Assembly: GCA_945486915.1 (NCBI GenBank)
Contig: CALYTP010000001.1
Span: 1,965-65,964 of the forward strand
Direction of reading: 5' to 3'
Source of the DNA: an uncultured Clostridia bacterium
GTDB lineage: Bacteria; Bacillota; Clostridia; Oscillospirales; Oscillospiraceae
Length of the DNA: 64,000 nt
Positions 8,898-20,079 of the stretch are shown here, piece by piece. How positions within the stretch are numbered: position 1 is the stretch's first letter; the number at the start of each line of letters is the position of its first letter. A model generated the notes under the pieces. That model was not told the origin of the DNA, did not search any database, and was given only the letters and a program-made list of their open reading frames with translations. A program made the position numbers and the translations under genes.

Positions 8898-11417
8898 ATG
8901 AATCTTTCATTTTCCACCCGCGGCTGGCAGAAATTCAGCTGGGACGAGAACGTTTCCACCGCCCTGACCATGCATTTCGGCGGTATTGAGCTTTACAATG
9001 TCCAGAAGGAGAGCGTCCTCACCGGCCGCGGCGGTCCGCTGCACAAGTACAACACCGCAGCCACCGTCCGTGAGCTCCACGAGAAGCAGCTGAAGATCCC
9101 CTGCATGGACACCTCCTGCGATATTTCCGTGTCAGGCAGCATGGCGGATATTGTGACCGTGATGGAGATCGCCCACGATATCCAGTGCCCCTGCATCGGT
9201 GTCACAGCCCAGTTTGACGACGAGGACACCGTCCGGCAGACGCTTTCCGCGCTGGTTCCCATTGCCCGGGAGCAGGGCGTGTGCATTCTCATCAAGACTA
9301 GCGGCATCTACGCTGACACCGCCAGACTGCGCAGCATGCTGGACGATTTCGCCTGCGATGAGCTGGGCGCCCTGTGGGACATCCACCACACCTACCGCGA
9401 TTTCGGCGAAAGCGGCGACACCACCATCAAGAATCTGGGCGCCTATGTCCGCCATGTCCACCTGCGGGATTCCGATGACAACAATTCCTACAACCTCATC
9501 GGCGAGGGCACCCTGCCCGTGGCATCCATGATGCGGGCGCTGAGCTCCGTGGACTACGACGGCTTTATCTCCATCGAGTGGAAGCCCGAATGGATGGAGG
9601 ACCTGGACGACCGGGAGATCATCTTCCCCCATTTCGTCAACTATATGAACCGCTTCGAGTCCACCCGGGGCAAGAAAAAGACCCTCTACGAAAACGCTGC
9701 CCACACCGGCCAGTATGTGTGGAAGAAGGACGCCCTGATTTCCGAGACCTTCTCCCAGGTGCTGGACCGCATGGTGGAGGAATTCCCGGACCAGTACGCC
9801 TTCAAGTACACCACCCTGGACTATACCCGCACCTATTCCGAGTTCCGGGAGGACGTGGACAATTTCGCCGCGGCCCTGATTTCCCTGGGCGTGCGCCGGG
9901 GCAGCAAGGTCGCCATCTGGGCCACCAATGTCCCCGAATGGTTCATCACCTTCTGGGCCACCACCAAGATCGGCGCGGTGCTGGTCACGGTGAATACCGC
10001 CTACAAGATCCACGAGGCGGAGTATCTGCTGCGCCAGTCCGACACCCACACTTTGGTGATGATCGAGTCCTGCCTGGACTCCAACTATAAGGCCATCATC
10101 AACGAGCTCTGCCCGGAGCTTACGTCCCTGAAGCCCGGCGAGCCCATGCACTGCAAAAAGCTTCCCTTCCTGCGCAACATCATCACCGTGGGCTTCCGCC
10201 AGCCGGGCTGCCTGACCTTCCCCGAGGCCATGGAGCGAAGCAGTCTGGTGCCCCGGGAGGAGGTGCTGCGGATGGCGGCCGGGGTTCGCGCAGGGGATGT
10301 GTGCAACATGCAGTATACCTCCGGCACCACCGGCTTCCCCAAGGGCGTCATGCTCACCCACTACAATGTGGTGAACAACGGCAAGTGCATCGGTGACCGG
10401 ATGGATCTGTCCACCGCCGACCGGATGATGATCCAGGTACCCATGTTCCACTGCTTCGGCATGGTGCTGTCCATGACCTCGTCCATGACCCATGGCGCAA
10501 CATTGTGCCCCATGCCCTATTTCTCCGCTAAGGTGAGCCTGGCCTGCATCAATCAGGAGCGGATCACCTGCTTCAACGGCGTGCCCACCATGTTCATTGC
10601 CATGTTCAACCACCCGGACTACCGGAAAACCGACTTCTCCTACATGCGCACCGGCATCATGGCAGGCGCCGGCTGCCCGCCGGAGTTGATGCGCCGGGCA
10701 GCCCGTCCGGATGAGATGAACATGACCGGCATCGTCAGCGTCTACGGTCAGACCGAGTCCGCCCCCGGCTCCACCATGAGCGCCTGCTTCGACTCCCTGG
10801 ATCTGCGGACCAACACCGTGGGCTATGCTTTCCCCCATGTGGAGTGCAAAATCGTTGATCCCGAGACCGGTGAGACCCTGCCCGACAATATGAACGGTGA
10901 GTTCTGCTCCAGAGGCTACAACACCATGAAGGGCTACTACAAAATGCCCGGAGCCACCGAAGCCACCGTGGACGCAGAGGGCTGGCTCCACTCCGGCGAC
11001 CTGGCCTGCCGGGATTCCGACGGCAACTACCGCATCACCGGACGCCTGAAGGATATGATCATCCGCGGCGGTGAGAACATCTACCCCAAGGAGATCGAGG
11101 AATTCATCTATACCCATCCCGCCGTCAGGGATGTCCAGGTCATCGGCGTGCCCGATAAGAAGTACGGCGAGGAGGCCATGGCCTGCGTGATCCTGAAGCA
11201 GCCCGGCTCCGTCACGGTGGAGGAAATGATGGACTACATCAAGGCGTCCCTGGCCCGGCATAAGGTGCCCAGGTATATCGAATTCGTGGACAGCTTCCCT
11301 ATGAACGCCGCCGGTAAGATCCTCAAGTACAAAATGCGTGAGGACGCCGCCCGGCGCCTGGGTCTGGAGGGCGCTGCCGGAATCGACACCGCCAAATCCG
11401 GAGAACAGATCGGATAA
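8898..11417 (+). CDS. Fusion: sugar-phosphate isomerase/AP-endonuclease-2 TIM barrel plus AMP-forming acyl-CoA synthetase
   Basis: N-terminal WDIHH, HVHLRD, GEGTLP, ISIEW; C-terminal YTSGTTGFPKG, FHCFG, YGQTE, SGDL, GRLKDMIIRGGENIYP, GKILK. Confidence 0.9.
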   Translation: MNLSFSTRGWQKFSWDENVSTALTMHFGGIELYNVQKESVLTGRGGPLHKYNTAATVRELHEKQLKIPCMDTSCDISVSGSMADIVTVMEIAHDIQCPCIGVTAQFDDEDTVRQTLSALVPIAREQGVCILIKTSGIYADTARLRSMLDDFACDELGALWDIHHTYRDFGESGDTTIKNLGAYVRHVHLRDSDDNNSYNLIGEGTLPVASMMRALSSVDYDGFISIEWKPEWMEDLDDREIIFPHFVNYMNRFESTRGKKKTLYENAAHTGQYVWKKDALISETFSQVLDRMVEEFPDQYAFKYTTLDYTRTYSEFREDVDNFAAALISLGVRRGSKVAIWATNVPEWFITFWATTKIGAVLVTVNTAYKIHEAEYLLRQSDTHTLVMIESCLDSNYKAIINELCPELTSLKPGEPMHCKKLPFLRNIITVGFRQPGCLTFPEAMERSSLVPREEVLRMAAGVRAGDVCNMQYTSGTTGFPKGVMLTHYNVVNNGKCIGDRMDLSTADRMMIQVPMFHCFGMVLSMTSSMTHGATLCPMPYFSAKVSLACINQERITCFNGVPTMFIAMFNHPDYRKTDFSYMRTGIMAGAGCPPELMRRAARPDEMNMTGIVSVYGQTESAPGSTMSACFDSLDLRTNTVGYAFPHVECKIVDPETGETLPDNMNGEFCSRGYNTMKGYYKMPGATEATVDAEGWLHSGDLACRDSDGNYRITGRLKDMIIRGGENIYPKEIEEFIYTHPAVRDVQVIGVPDKKYGEEAMACVILKQPGSVTVEEMMDYIKASLARHKVPRYIEFVDSFPMNAAGKILKYKMREDAARRLGLEGAAGIDTAKSGEQIG

Positions 11418-11549
11418 AGCGAATAACCGCCTGCTGCGGGAGGGTAACAGCTCCCGCAGTGGATGGGCAGAGGACAATTGTCTGCTGCAGAAACACAAAA
11501 ATCGATTAAGACAATCGAAATATTCAATGGATTTGATCGAAAAAACTGG

Positions 11550-11578
11550 TTGACAAATCCGATGACAAGTGATAATAT
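11550..11578 (+). promoter_or_regulatory. SigA promoter of the Ile T-box unit
   Basis: TTGACA-17 bp-TAATAT with TG. Confidence 0.75.
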
Positions 11579-11595
11579 ATGAGGCGTATAGCGAT

Positions 11596-11865
11596 AAAGG
11601 CTGTGACGAAGACGGTCGAATGAATTGCTTCCAGAGAGCTGACGGGTGGTGCGAGTCAGCGGCATGAAATTCAGGTACCTATCACTTCCGAGCCGGGGAT
11701 CCGAACGTGCTAACCAGTAGGCATCTCACGTCTGCCCGCGTTAAGGGATAGGATTTGTTGGAATCTGAAGCGGCAGTGCAGTGCGCTGCAATTTGAGTGG
11801 TACCACGGGTATGTATTATGCAGACTCGCCTCAAGATTATCTCTTGGGGCGGGTCTTTTATTTTT
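11596..11865 (+). ncRNA. T-box riboswitch, specifier AUC (Ile)
   Basis: AGAGAG and GGTGGTGCGAG motifs; ATC at 11681-11683; T-box AATTTGAGTGGTACCACG 11790-11807; terminator 11822-11865. Confidence 0.92.
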
Positions 11866-11885
11866 CCTATAAAGGAGAATTTCAC

Positions 11886-14159
11886 ATGACGAGTCAAACC
11901 AGTACGAATCAGCTGATGGGCATTGCCCAGCGTATCCGCGAGATGCGCGAGATCATCGGTTATTCCACCTCCACCATGGCGGAGCTTCTGGACATTCCCG
12001 AGGATCTGTACGTTCAGTATGAATCCGGCGAGCAAGACCTGCCCTTTACCTTTATGCACAAGTGTTCCATGGCCTTCGGCGTGGAGCTGACCGAGCTGCT
12101 GGAGGGCTACAGCGCGCGCCTGACCAGCTATAACATTACCCGCAAGGGAAAGGCTCCCGTCACTGCCTCCGAGGACGGCATCACCATTCAGAACATGGCC
12201 GCCATGTTCCAGAACAAGATGGCCACGCCTTACTGGTGCACCTACAAATACGACCCCGAGCTTCTCACCAAGCCCATCCACACCGTCACCCACGCAGGCC
12301 AGGAATTCAACCTGATCCTGAAGGGCACCATGAAGATCCGTGTGGGCGAGCATGAGGAGATCCTCCACGAGGGCGACAGCATCTTCTTCAAGAGCTCCAC
12401 GCCCCATGGCCAGATCGCCGTGGGCGGTGAGGACTGCGTGTTCCTGGCCATGATTATGGCCACCTCCCAGCGGGAGCAGTGGACCACCGCTAAGCCTCTG
12501 ATCCAGGAGAAGTCTGACGAGGCCCTGCTGTGCCGGGAGTTCATCGTCCCCGAGGAAGGGGAGGACGGCAGCCTGAAGATGCTCCACTTCCGCAACACCG
12601 AGCGCTACAACTTCGCCTTCGATACCGTGGATGCCATCGCCAGAAAGAATCCCGACAAGCTGGCCATGGTCCACATCGCCAACGATATGACCGAGCGCCG
12701 CTTCACCTTCAAGGATATGAAGGACGCTTCCAGCCAGGCCGCCAACTACTTTACGTCCTTGGGCATCAAGCGGGGCGACCGGGTCATGCTGGTGTTGAAG
12801 CGCCACTACCAGTTCTGGTATTCCATCCTGGCGCTGCATAAGATCGGCGCCATCGCCATCCCTGCCACCAACCAGCTGCTGCAGCACGACTTCGAGTACC
12901 GCTTCCAGGCGAGCGGCGTTTCCGCCATCGTCTGCACCGCCGACGGGGACACTGCCCACCAGGTTGACCTGGCGGAAGCAACCACCGGCATCAAGCTCCA
13001 GAAGATCCTGGTGGGCGGCAGCCGGGAGGGCTGGCACGACTTTGACCATGAGTACGGCCTGTTCAGCCGCCGGTTCGTCCGGGCGGAGAACGCTCCCTGC
13101 GGTGACGATCCCATGCTGATGTTCTTCACCTCCGGCACCACCGGGTATCCCAAGATCGCCGTTCACTCCTACAAGTACGCCCTGGGCCACTTCGTCACTG
13201 CCAAGTACTGGCACTGGGTGGAAAAGGACGGCCTGCACTTCACCATTTCCGAAACCGGCTGGGGCAAGGCCCTGTGGGGCAAGCTCTACGGCCAGTGGCT
13301 CTGCGAGGGTGCCGTGTTCACCTATGACTTCGACCGCTTCGATGCCGAGAAGATCCTGCCCATGTTCGCCAAGTACAACATCACCACCTTCTGCGCACCT
13401 CCCACCATGTACCGTATGCTCATCAAGGAGGACCTTTCCCGGTTTGACCTCAGCTCCATCCACCATGCCACCACGGCAGGCGAGGCGCTGAACCCCGAGG
13501 TCTACTACCAGTTTGAAAAGGCCACCGGCCTGCACATCGCCGAGGGCTTTGGCCAGACCGAGATGACCCTGGGCATCGGCAACCTCACCGGCGGGCTCAT
13601 CAAGCCCGGTTCCATGGGCAAGCCCATCCCCGGCTACGGCATCGACATCATCGACATGGACGGCAAGCCCGTGGAGGACGGCGTCTCCGGCGAGATCGTC
13701 ATCAAGGCCGACCGCAATGGCGAGAAGCCCTGCGGCATCTTCCTGGGCTACTACAACGACGAAGAGCGCACCGCCGCCGTGTGGCATGACGGCTACTATC
13801 ACACCGGCGATGTGGCCTGGCGGGATGAGGACGGCTTCTACTGGTATGTTGGCCGTGCCGACGACGTTATCAAGTCCTCCGGCTACCGCATCGGACCGTT
13901 CGAAATTGAGAACGTCATCATGGAGCTGCCCTACGTTCTGGAGTGCGGCGTCAGCGCCGCTCCCGACGAGGTCCGCGGCCAGGTGGTCAAGGCCAGCATC
14001 GTGCTGGTGAAGGGTGTGGAGGGAACCGACGAGCTGAAGAAAGAGATTCAGGCCTACGTCAAGACCCACACAGCCCCCTACAAGTATCCCAGAATCGTGG
14101 AATTCCGCAGCGAATTGCCCAAAACCATCAGCGGCAAGATCATGCGAAATCGGCTATAA
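11886..14159 (+). CDS. Fusion: XRE-HTH plus cupin plus medium-chain acyl-CoA synthetase (paralog 1)
   Basis: IAQRIREMRE...QYESG HTH; THAGQEF/STPHG cupin; FTSGTTGYPK, FGQTE, HTGD, GRADDVIKSSGYRIGP, SGKI; AAAGGAG RBS. Confidence 0.92.
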   Translation: MTSQTSTNQLMGIAQRIREMREIIGYSTSTMAELLDIPEDLYVQYESGEQDLPFTFMHKCSMAFGVELTELLEGYSARLTSYNITRKGKAPVTASEDGITIQNMAAMFQNKMATPYWCTYKYDPELLTKPIHTVTHAGQEFNLILKGTMKIRVGEHEEILHEGDSIFFKSSTPHGQIAVGGEDCVFLAMIMATSQREQWTTAKPLIQEKSDEALLCREFIVPEEGEDGSLKMLHFRNTERYNFAFDTVDAIARKNPDKLAMVHIANDMTERRFTFKDMKDASSQAANYFTSLGIKRGDRVMLVLKRHYQFWYSILALHKIGAIAIPATNQLLQHDFEYRFQASGVSAIVCTADGDTAHQVDLAEATTGIKLQKILVGGSREGWHDFDHEYGLFSRRFVRAENAPCGDDPMLMFFTSGTTGYPKIAVHSYKYALGHFVTAKYWHWVEKDGLHFTISETGWGKALWGKLYGQWLCEGAVFTYDFDRFDAEKILPMFAKYNITTFCAPPTMYRMLIKEDLSRFDLSSIHHATTAGEALNPEVYYQFEKATGLHIAEGFGQTEMTLGIGNLTGGLIKPGSMGKPIPGYGIDIIDMDGKPVEDGVSGEIVIKADRNGEKPCGIFLGYYNDEERTAAVWHDGYYHTGDVAWRDEDGFYWYVGRADDVIKSSGYRIGPFEIENVIMELPYVLECGVSAAPDEVRGQVVKASIVLVKGVEGTDELKKEIQAYVKTHTAPYKYPRIVEFRSELPKTISGKIMRNRL

Positions 14160-14166
14160 CACACAA

Positions 14167-14195
14167 TTGACAACAAAACTCCTATTTGATATGAT
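14167..14195 (+). promoter_or_regulatory. SigA promoter of the Val T-box unit
   Basis: TTGACA-17 bp-TATGAT with TG. Confidence 0.75.
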
Positions 14196-14205
14196 TCAGG
14201 TATTC

Positions 14206-14480
14206 AAAGGCTTTGATGGAGAGGATTCCTGGCAGGTCTTATTTCAGAGAGCCGGCGGTGGGTGAAAGCCGGTAATAAGCGCCATGAATTTGTAGCTCCT
14301 GAGCCGGAGGGAAGAACACCTTTGGGTAAGTAGAACCCTCCCGCGTCAGCTGCGTCAGTGCTTAGGGCTTATTGGAGTCCGATGAGTGGCATCCGGTATC
14401 CGGATGCAATTTGAGTGGTACCGCGGGTTGTATGTTACGGCTCGTCTCAAAGAATCTATCTTTGGGACGAGCCGTTTTTG
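14206..14480 (+). ncRNA. T-box riboswitch, specifier GUA (Val)
   Basis: AGAGAG and GGTGGGTGAAAG motifs; GTA at 14292-14294; T-box AATTTGAGTGGTACCGCG 14408-14425; terminator 14437-14480. Confidence 0.92.
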
Positions 14481-14509
14481 CTTGTCTCAAATATGAGGAG
14501 GCAACAGAT

Positions 14510-16801
14510 ATGAATCAAACCACAATTTCCGGTCTTGCCTATAAGCTTCAGGAAATGGCCGGTCGAATCCGCGAGCTGCGGGAGATCACCGGTCTGAGCG
14601 TGGCGGAAATGGCCCGCCGCACCGGCGTATCGGATGAGGAGTACCGGCTGTGCGAATCCGGCACCTATGAGCTGAACATTTCCTTCTTGTACCGCTGCGC
14701 TCTGAGCTTCGGTGTTGACGTCACCGACCTGATCGAAGGTCACAGCCCCAAGCTCCGCTCCTATACCCTGACCCGCTCCGGCGGCGGCCAGAAGATCGAA
14801 CAGGCCCACCACATGACGGGCTACAATCTGGCAGCCGACTTCCGCAACCGCATCGCCCTGCCGCTGTACATGGAGCTGGAATACAGCGAGGAAGCCCTCC
14901 ACGAGGACATCGAGCTGACCACCCATGCAGGTCAGGAATGCGACCTAGTCATCAGCGGCTCCATGAAGATCCAGATCGGCGAGCACACCGAGATCCTCCA
15001 CGCCGGTGACTGCGTCTACTACGACAGCGCCACCCCCCACGGCATGATCGCTGTAAACGGCGCCAACTGCACCATGTACGCCATCGTCCTCAGCCCCCTG
15101 GGCGCCCCCGGACAGGAGCAGGCAGACAGAGCACTGCCCGCCAGTCCCTCCCGGGAAAAGGACTCCCAGCGGCGCATCTATCAGGACTTCATCATTCCCA
15201 CGGAAGCCGAGAACGGCAGCATCCAGGCCATCGCCTTCCAAAACGAAGAGAAGTTCAACTTCGCCTTTGATGTGGTGGATGAGCTGGCCCGGCGCAAGCC
15301 TGAGAAGCTGGCCATGCTCCATGTTGCGCAGGACGGCACCGAGCGTCGGTTCACCTTCGAGGATATCCGCAAGGAATCCTCGAGAGCTGCCAATTATTTC
15401 AAGTCCCTGGGCATCCGGCGGGGAGACCGGGTGATGCTGGTCCTGAAGCGCCACTACCAGTTCTGGTTCTCCATTCTGGGCCTGCACAAGCTGGGGGCTG
15501 TGGTCATCCCGGCAACCAATCAGCTCCAGGCAAAGGACTTTGCCTACCGCTTCCAGGCGGCAAATGTCAAGGCGATCCTGTGCACCGCCGACGGCGAGAC
15601 CGCCGATGCCGTGGACGAAGCAGCAAAGGAGTGCCCGGAGCTGGCAATCAAAATTCTGGTCGGCGGCAGCCGGGAGGGCTGGCGGGACTTCAACGAGGAG
15701 TACGGCATGTTCAGCAGCCGCTTTGCCAGAGCAGAGGATGCCCCCTGCGGCAGCGATCCCATGCTGATGTTCTTCACCTCCGGCACCTCCGGCTATCCCA
15801 AGCTGGCGGCCCACAACTACAAGTACCCCCTGGGTCACTTCATCACCGCGAAATACTGGCATCAGGTGAATCCCGACGGCCTGCACCTGACCATTTCCGA
15901 CACCGGCTGGGCCAAGTCCCTGTGGGGCAAGCTCTACGGCCAGTGGCTGTGCGAGGCGGCAGTCTTCGTCTATGACTTCGACCGGTTCGACGCCGAGAAG
16001 ATCCTGCCCATGTTCGCAAAGTACAATATCACCACCTTCTGCGCTCCTCCCACCATGTACCGGATGCTCATCAAGCAGGACCTCAGCCGTTTCGACCTGA
16101 GCTCCATTGAGCATGCCTCCATCGCCGGCGAGGCGCTGAACCCCGAGGTCTTCCGCCAGTTCTACAAGGCCACCGGCCTGCAGATCATGGAGGGCTTTGG
16201 TCAGAGCGAAAGCACCCTGATCATCGGCAACCTCTTGGGCTGCGATCACAAGATCGGCTCCATGGGCAAGCCTGTCCCCCTGTACGATGTCCACCTGCTC
16301 ACCACCGACGGCAAGGATGCGGGTCCCGGCGAGAATGGCGAGATCTGCATCAATATCTCCGGCGGCCTGCCCTGCGGCCTGGCCTACGCCTACGAGGGAA
16401 GCCCCGAAGTCACCGCCGAGACCTGGGCTGACGGCTATTACCACACCGGCGACATCGCCTGGAAGGACGAGGACGGCTTCTACTGGTACGTCGGTCGTGC
16501 CGATGATGTCATCAAGTCCTCCGGCTACCGTATCGGACCCTTCGAGATCGAGAACGTCATTATGGAGCTGCCCTACGTTCTGGAATGCGGCGTCAGCGCC
16601 GCCCCCGACGAGGTCCGCGGCCAGGTGGTCAAGGCCAGCATCGTGCTGGTGAAGGGCACCGAGCCTTCCGAGCAGCTGAAGAAGAGTATTCAGAATTACG
16701 TCAAATCCCGCACCGCTCCTTACAAATATCCCCGCATCGTGGAATTCCGGGAGAGCCTGCCCAAGACCACCAGCGGCAAGATCATCCGTAAGAAGCTGTA
16801 A
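14510..16801 (+). CDS. Fusion: XRE-HTH plus cupin plus medium-chain acyl-CoA synthetase (paralog 2)
   Basis: Same architecture as 11886-14159; FTSGTSGYPK, FGQSE; GAGGAGG RBS. Confidence 0.92.
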   Translation: MNQTTISGLAYKLQEMAGRIRELREITGLSVAEMARRTGVSDEEYRLCESGTYELNISFLYRCALSFGVDVTDLIEGHSPKLRSYTLTRSGGGQKIEQAHHMTGYNLAADFRNRIALPLYMELEYSEEALHEDIELTTHAGQECDLVISGSMKIQIGEHTEILHAGDCVYYDSATPHGMIAVNGANCTMYAIVLSPLGAPGQEQADRALPASPSREKDSQRRIYQDFIIPTEAENGSIQAIAFQNEEKFNFAFDVVDELARRKPEKLAMLHVAQDGTERRFTFEDIRKESSRAANYFKSLGIRRGDRVMLVLKRHYQFWFSILGLHKLGAVVIPATNQLQAKDFAYRFQAANVKAILCTADGETADAVDEAAKECPELAIKILVGGSREGWRDFNEEYGMFSSRFARAEDAPCGSDPMLMFFTSGTSGYPKLAAHNYKYPLGHFITAKYWHQVNPDGLHLTISDTGWAKSLWGKLYGQWLCEAAVFVYDFDRFDAEKILPMFAKYNITTFCAPPTMYRMLIKQDLSRFDLSSIEHASIAGEALNPEVFRQFYKATGLQIMEGFGQSESTLIIGNLLGCDHKIGSMGKPVPLYDVHLLTTDGKDAGPGENGEICINISGGLPCGLAYAYEGSPEVTAETWADGYYHTGDIAWKDEDGFYWYVGRADDVIKSSGYRIGPFEIENVIMELPYVLECGVSAAPDEVRGQVVKASIVLVKGTEPSEQLKKSIQNYVKSRTAPYKYPRIVEFRESLPKTTSGKIIRKKL

Positions 16802-16821
16802 AAATTGGAAAGGAGGCTGCC

Positions 16822-17523
16822 GTGGAGCACAAACGCTTAACCCTTTTCGCTGGCCATTACGGCAGCGGAAAGACCAACATCGCCCTGAACTATGCCAGAT
16901 GGCTGAAGCGTCAGGGCCTTCCCGTGACCATTGCCGACCTGGACATTGTCAATCCGTACTTTCGCACCAAGGACAGCGAGGCTGCCCTGGCGGAGGAGGG
17001 GATCCGGCTGATCGTTTCCGAGTATGCCAATTCCAATGTGGATTTCCCCGCCATGCCCAAGGAAATTTACGGCCTGGTCAGTGACCCGTCGGTGTACGGT
17101 GTCCTGGACATCGGCGGAGACGACCGGGGCGCTCTGGCGCTGGGCCGATATGTCCCGACCATCCGGGCGGAAAATGATTATGAGATGCTGTTCGTCATCA
17201 ACCGCTCCCGGCCACTGACCAGGACGGTGGAGGATACCATGGAGGTCATGCGGGAGATCGAAGAGGCCTGCGGCTTGCCCTTCACCGCCATCGTCAACAA
17301 TACCAACCTTGGCCTTCAGACCACTGCGGAGGATGTCCTGCGCAGCGCGGACTATGCCCGGGGCGTTTCGGAGGCAGCCGGACTGCCGCTGAAGATGACC
17401 TGCGCGGCGGATGATCTGGCCGATGCGCTGGATGGAAAGCTGCCGAACCTGTTCCCGCTTTCCATTCAGAAACTATATTATATGCTGAATTCGGAGGTAA
17501 ATCATGGCAAAGCTGACATTTAA
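16822..17523 (+). CDS. SIMIBI/MinD-like P-loop NTPase
   Basis: GHYGSGKT, ADLDIVNPYFR, LDIGGD; overlaps the ferredoxin gene. Confidence 0.8.
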   Translation: MEHKRLTLFAGHYGSGKTNIALNYARWLKRQGLPVTIADLDIVNPYFRTKDSEAALAEEGIRLIVSEYANSNVDFPAMPKEIYGLVSDPSVYGVLDIGGDDRGALALGRYVPTIRAENDYEMLFVINRSRPLTRTVEDTMEVMREIEEACGLPFTAIVNNTNLGLQTTAEDVLRSADYARGVSEAAGLPLKMTCAADDLADALDGKLPNLFPLSIQKLYYMLNSEVNHGKADI

Positions 17524-17710
17524 CGAAGAGCTCTGCAAGGGCTGCGGCCTGTGCGTCAATGCCTGCCCCAAGGGGATTCTGGCACTGTCCCAGAGCCGTC
17601 TGAACCAGAAGGGTCACACGCCCGTGGAGTTGACCAAGCCCGAGGAGTGCGTGGGCTGTGCGTCCTGCGCCATCATGTGCCCGGACTGCGTCATCACCGT
17701 GGAACGCTAA
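17504..17710 (+). CDS. 2x[4Fe-4S] ferredoxin (delta subunit of the 2-oxoacid oxidoreductase)
   Basis: CKGCGLCVNACP and CVGCASCAIMCPD. Confidence 0.92.
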   Translation: MAKLTFNEELCKGCGLCVNACPKGILALSQSRLNQKGHTPVELTKPEECVGCASCAIMCPDCVITVER

Positions 17711-17726
17711 GAAAGGAAAGAGCAGT

Positions 17727-18791
<1,065 letters not shown>

Positions 18792-18796
18792 GCAAA

Positions 18797-19540
18797 ATGG
18801 TCGTATTTGAAAAACCCAAGGCCCTGACCGATAAGGTGTTCCATTACTGCCCCGGCTGTACCCACGGCATCATCCACCGCCTGGTGGCGGAGGTCATCGA
18901 CGAGCTGGGCATTGAAGGAAAGACCGTGGGCATCGCCCCCGTTGGCTGTGCCGTTATGGCCTATGATTACTTCGCCTGCGACATGATCGAGGCAGCCCAC
19001 GGCCGTGCCCCCGCCGTTGCCACCGGCGTCAAGCGCTCCATGCCCGACAAGGTGGTCTTCACCTATCAGGGTGACGGCGACCTGGCATCCATCGGCATGT
19101 GCGAGACCGTCAGCACCGCTGCCCGGGGTGAGAACATCACCATTATCTTTGTCAACAACGCCATTTACGGCATGACCGGCGGCCAGATGGCTCCCACCAG
19201 CCTCATCGGGCAGGTCACCCAGACCTCTCCCTATGGCCGCGACCCCAAGACCCAGGGCTATCCCATCCGGGTCTGCGAGCTGCTGGCCACCCTGGATGCC
19301 CCCCAGTATCTGGAGCGCGTCACCGTCAACAGCGTCGCCAATGTCCGCAAGGCCAAGAAGGCCATCAAGAAGGCCTTCCAGAACCAGATCGAGGGCAAGG
19401 GCTTCTCCCTGGTGGAGGTGGTTTCCGCCTGTCCCACCAACTGGGGCATGACTCCCCAGAAGGCGCTGGAATGGATCGATGAAAAGATGCTGCCCCAGTA
19501 CCCCCTGGGCTGCTACCGGGACAAGGATAAGGAGGTCTGA
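18797..19540 (+). CDS. 2-oxoacid:ferredoxin oxidoreductase beta (TPP-binding) subunit
   Basis: [41 protein letters not shown]. Confidence 0.92.
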   Translation: MVVFEKPKALTDKVFHYCPGCTHGIIHRLVAEVIDELGIEGKTVGIAPVGCAVMAYDYFACDMIEAAHGRAPAVATGVKRSMPDKVVFTYQGDGDLASIGMCETVSTAARGENITIIFVNNAIYGMTGGQMAPTSLIGQVTQTSPYGRDPKTQGYPIRVCELLATLDAPQYLERVTVNSVANVRKAKKAIKKAFQNQIEGKGFSLVEVVSACPTNWGMTPQKALEWIDEKMLPQYPLGCYRDKDKEV

Positions 19541-19542
19541 GC

Positions 19543-20079
19543 ATGGAGTATCAAATCGTCATCGCCGGCTTCGGCGGACAGGGTCTGCTGTTTGCCGGTA
19601 AGGTGCTGGCCTACGCCGCTCTGACCGAGCAGCGGGAGCTGAGCTGGCTGCCCTCCTACGGCCCCGAAATGCGCGGCGGCACCGCCAACTGCAACGTCAT
19701 CATCAGCGACAGCCCCGTGGGTTCTCCCATTGTCCAGAACCCCAATGTGCTGATGGTCATGAATACCCCGTCCCTGGACAAGTATGAGAAGTCCGTTGCC
19801 CCCGGCGGTAAAATCTTTGTGGACTCCACCCTGATTTCCCGGAAGGTGGAGCGGGAGGACGTGGAGGTTTTCTACATCCCTGCCACCAAGATGGCCTCCG
19901 ATATGGGTATGCCCACCCTGGCCAATATGATCCTGCTGGGCGCCATTGTCAAGGCCACCGGCTGCATCACCGATGCGGGTATGCTGGCGGGCCTGAACAA
20001 GATCATCCCGGCTAAGAAAGCCAATCTGCTGGATGCCAACCTCAAGTGCATCCAGGCCGGAAAGGACTTCCTGGCATGA
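19543..20079 (+). CDS. 2-oxoacid:ferredoxin oxidoreductase gamma subunit
   Basis: AGFGGQG, SYGPEMRGG, ANMILLG. Confidence 0.92.
   Translation: MEYQIVIAGFGGQGLLFAGKVLAYAALTEQRELSWLPSYGPEMRGGTANCNVIISDSPVGSPIVQNPNVLMVMNTPSLDKYEKSVAPGGKIFVDSTLISRKVEREDVEVFYIPATKMASDMGMPTLANMILLGAIVKATGCITDAGMLAGLNKIIPAKKANLLDANLKCIQAGKDFLA

Noticed and set aside
11434-11459. Terminator after the Leu unit
   Set aside because: A GC hairpin is present but there is no U-tract, so its function is uncertain.
11781-11885. Extended N-termini from the ORF track (also 3734, 5297, 14372, 22107, 52424)
   Set aside because: They run through leaders, repeats or promoters; downstream starts have proper RBSs.
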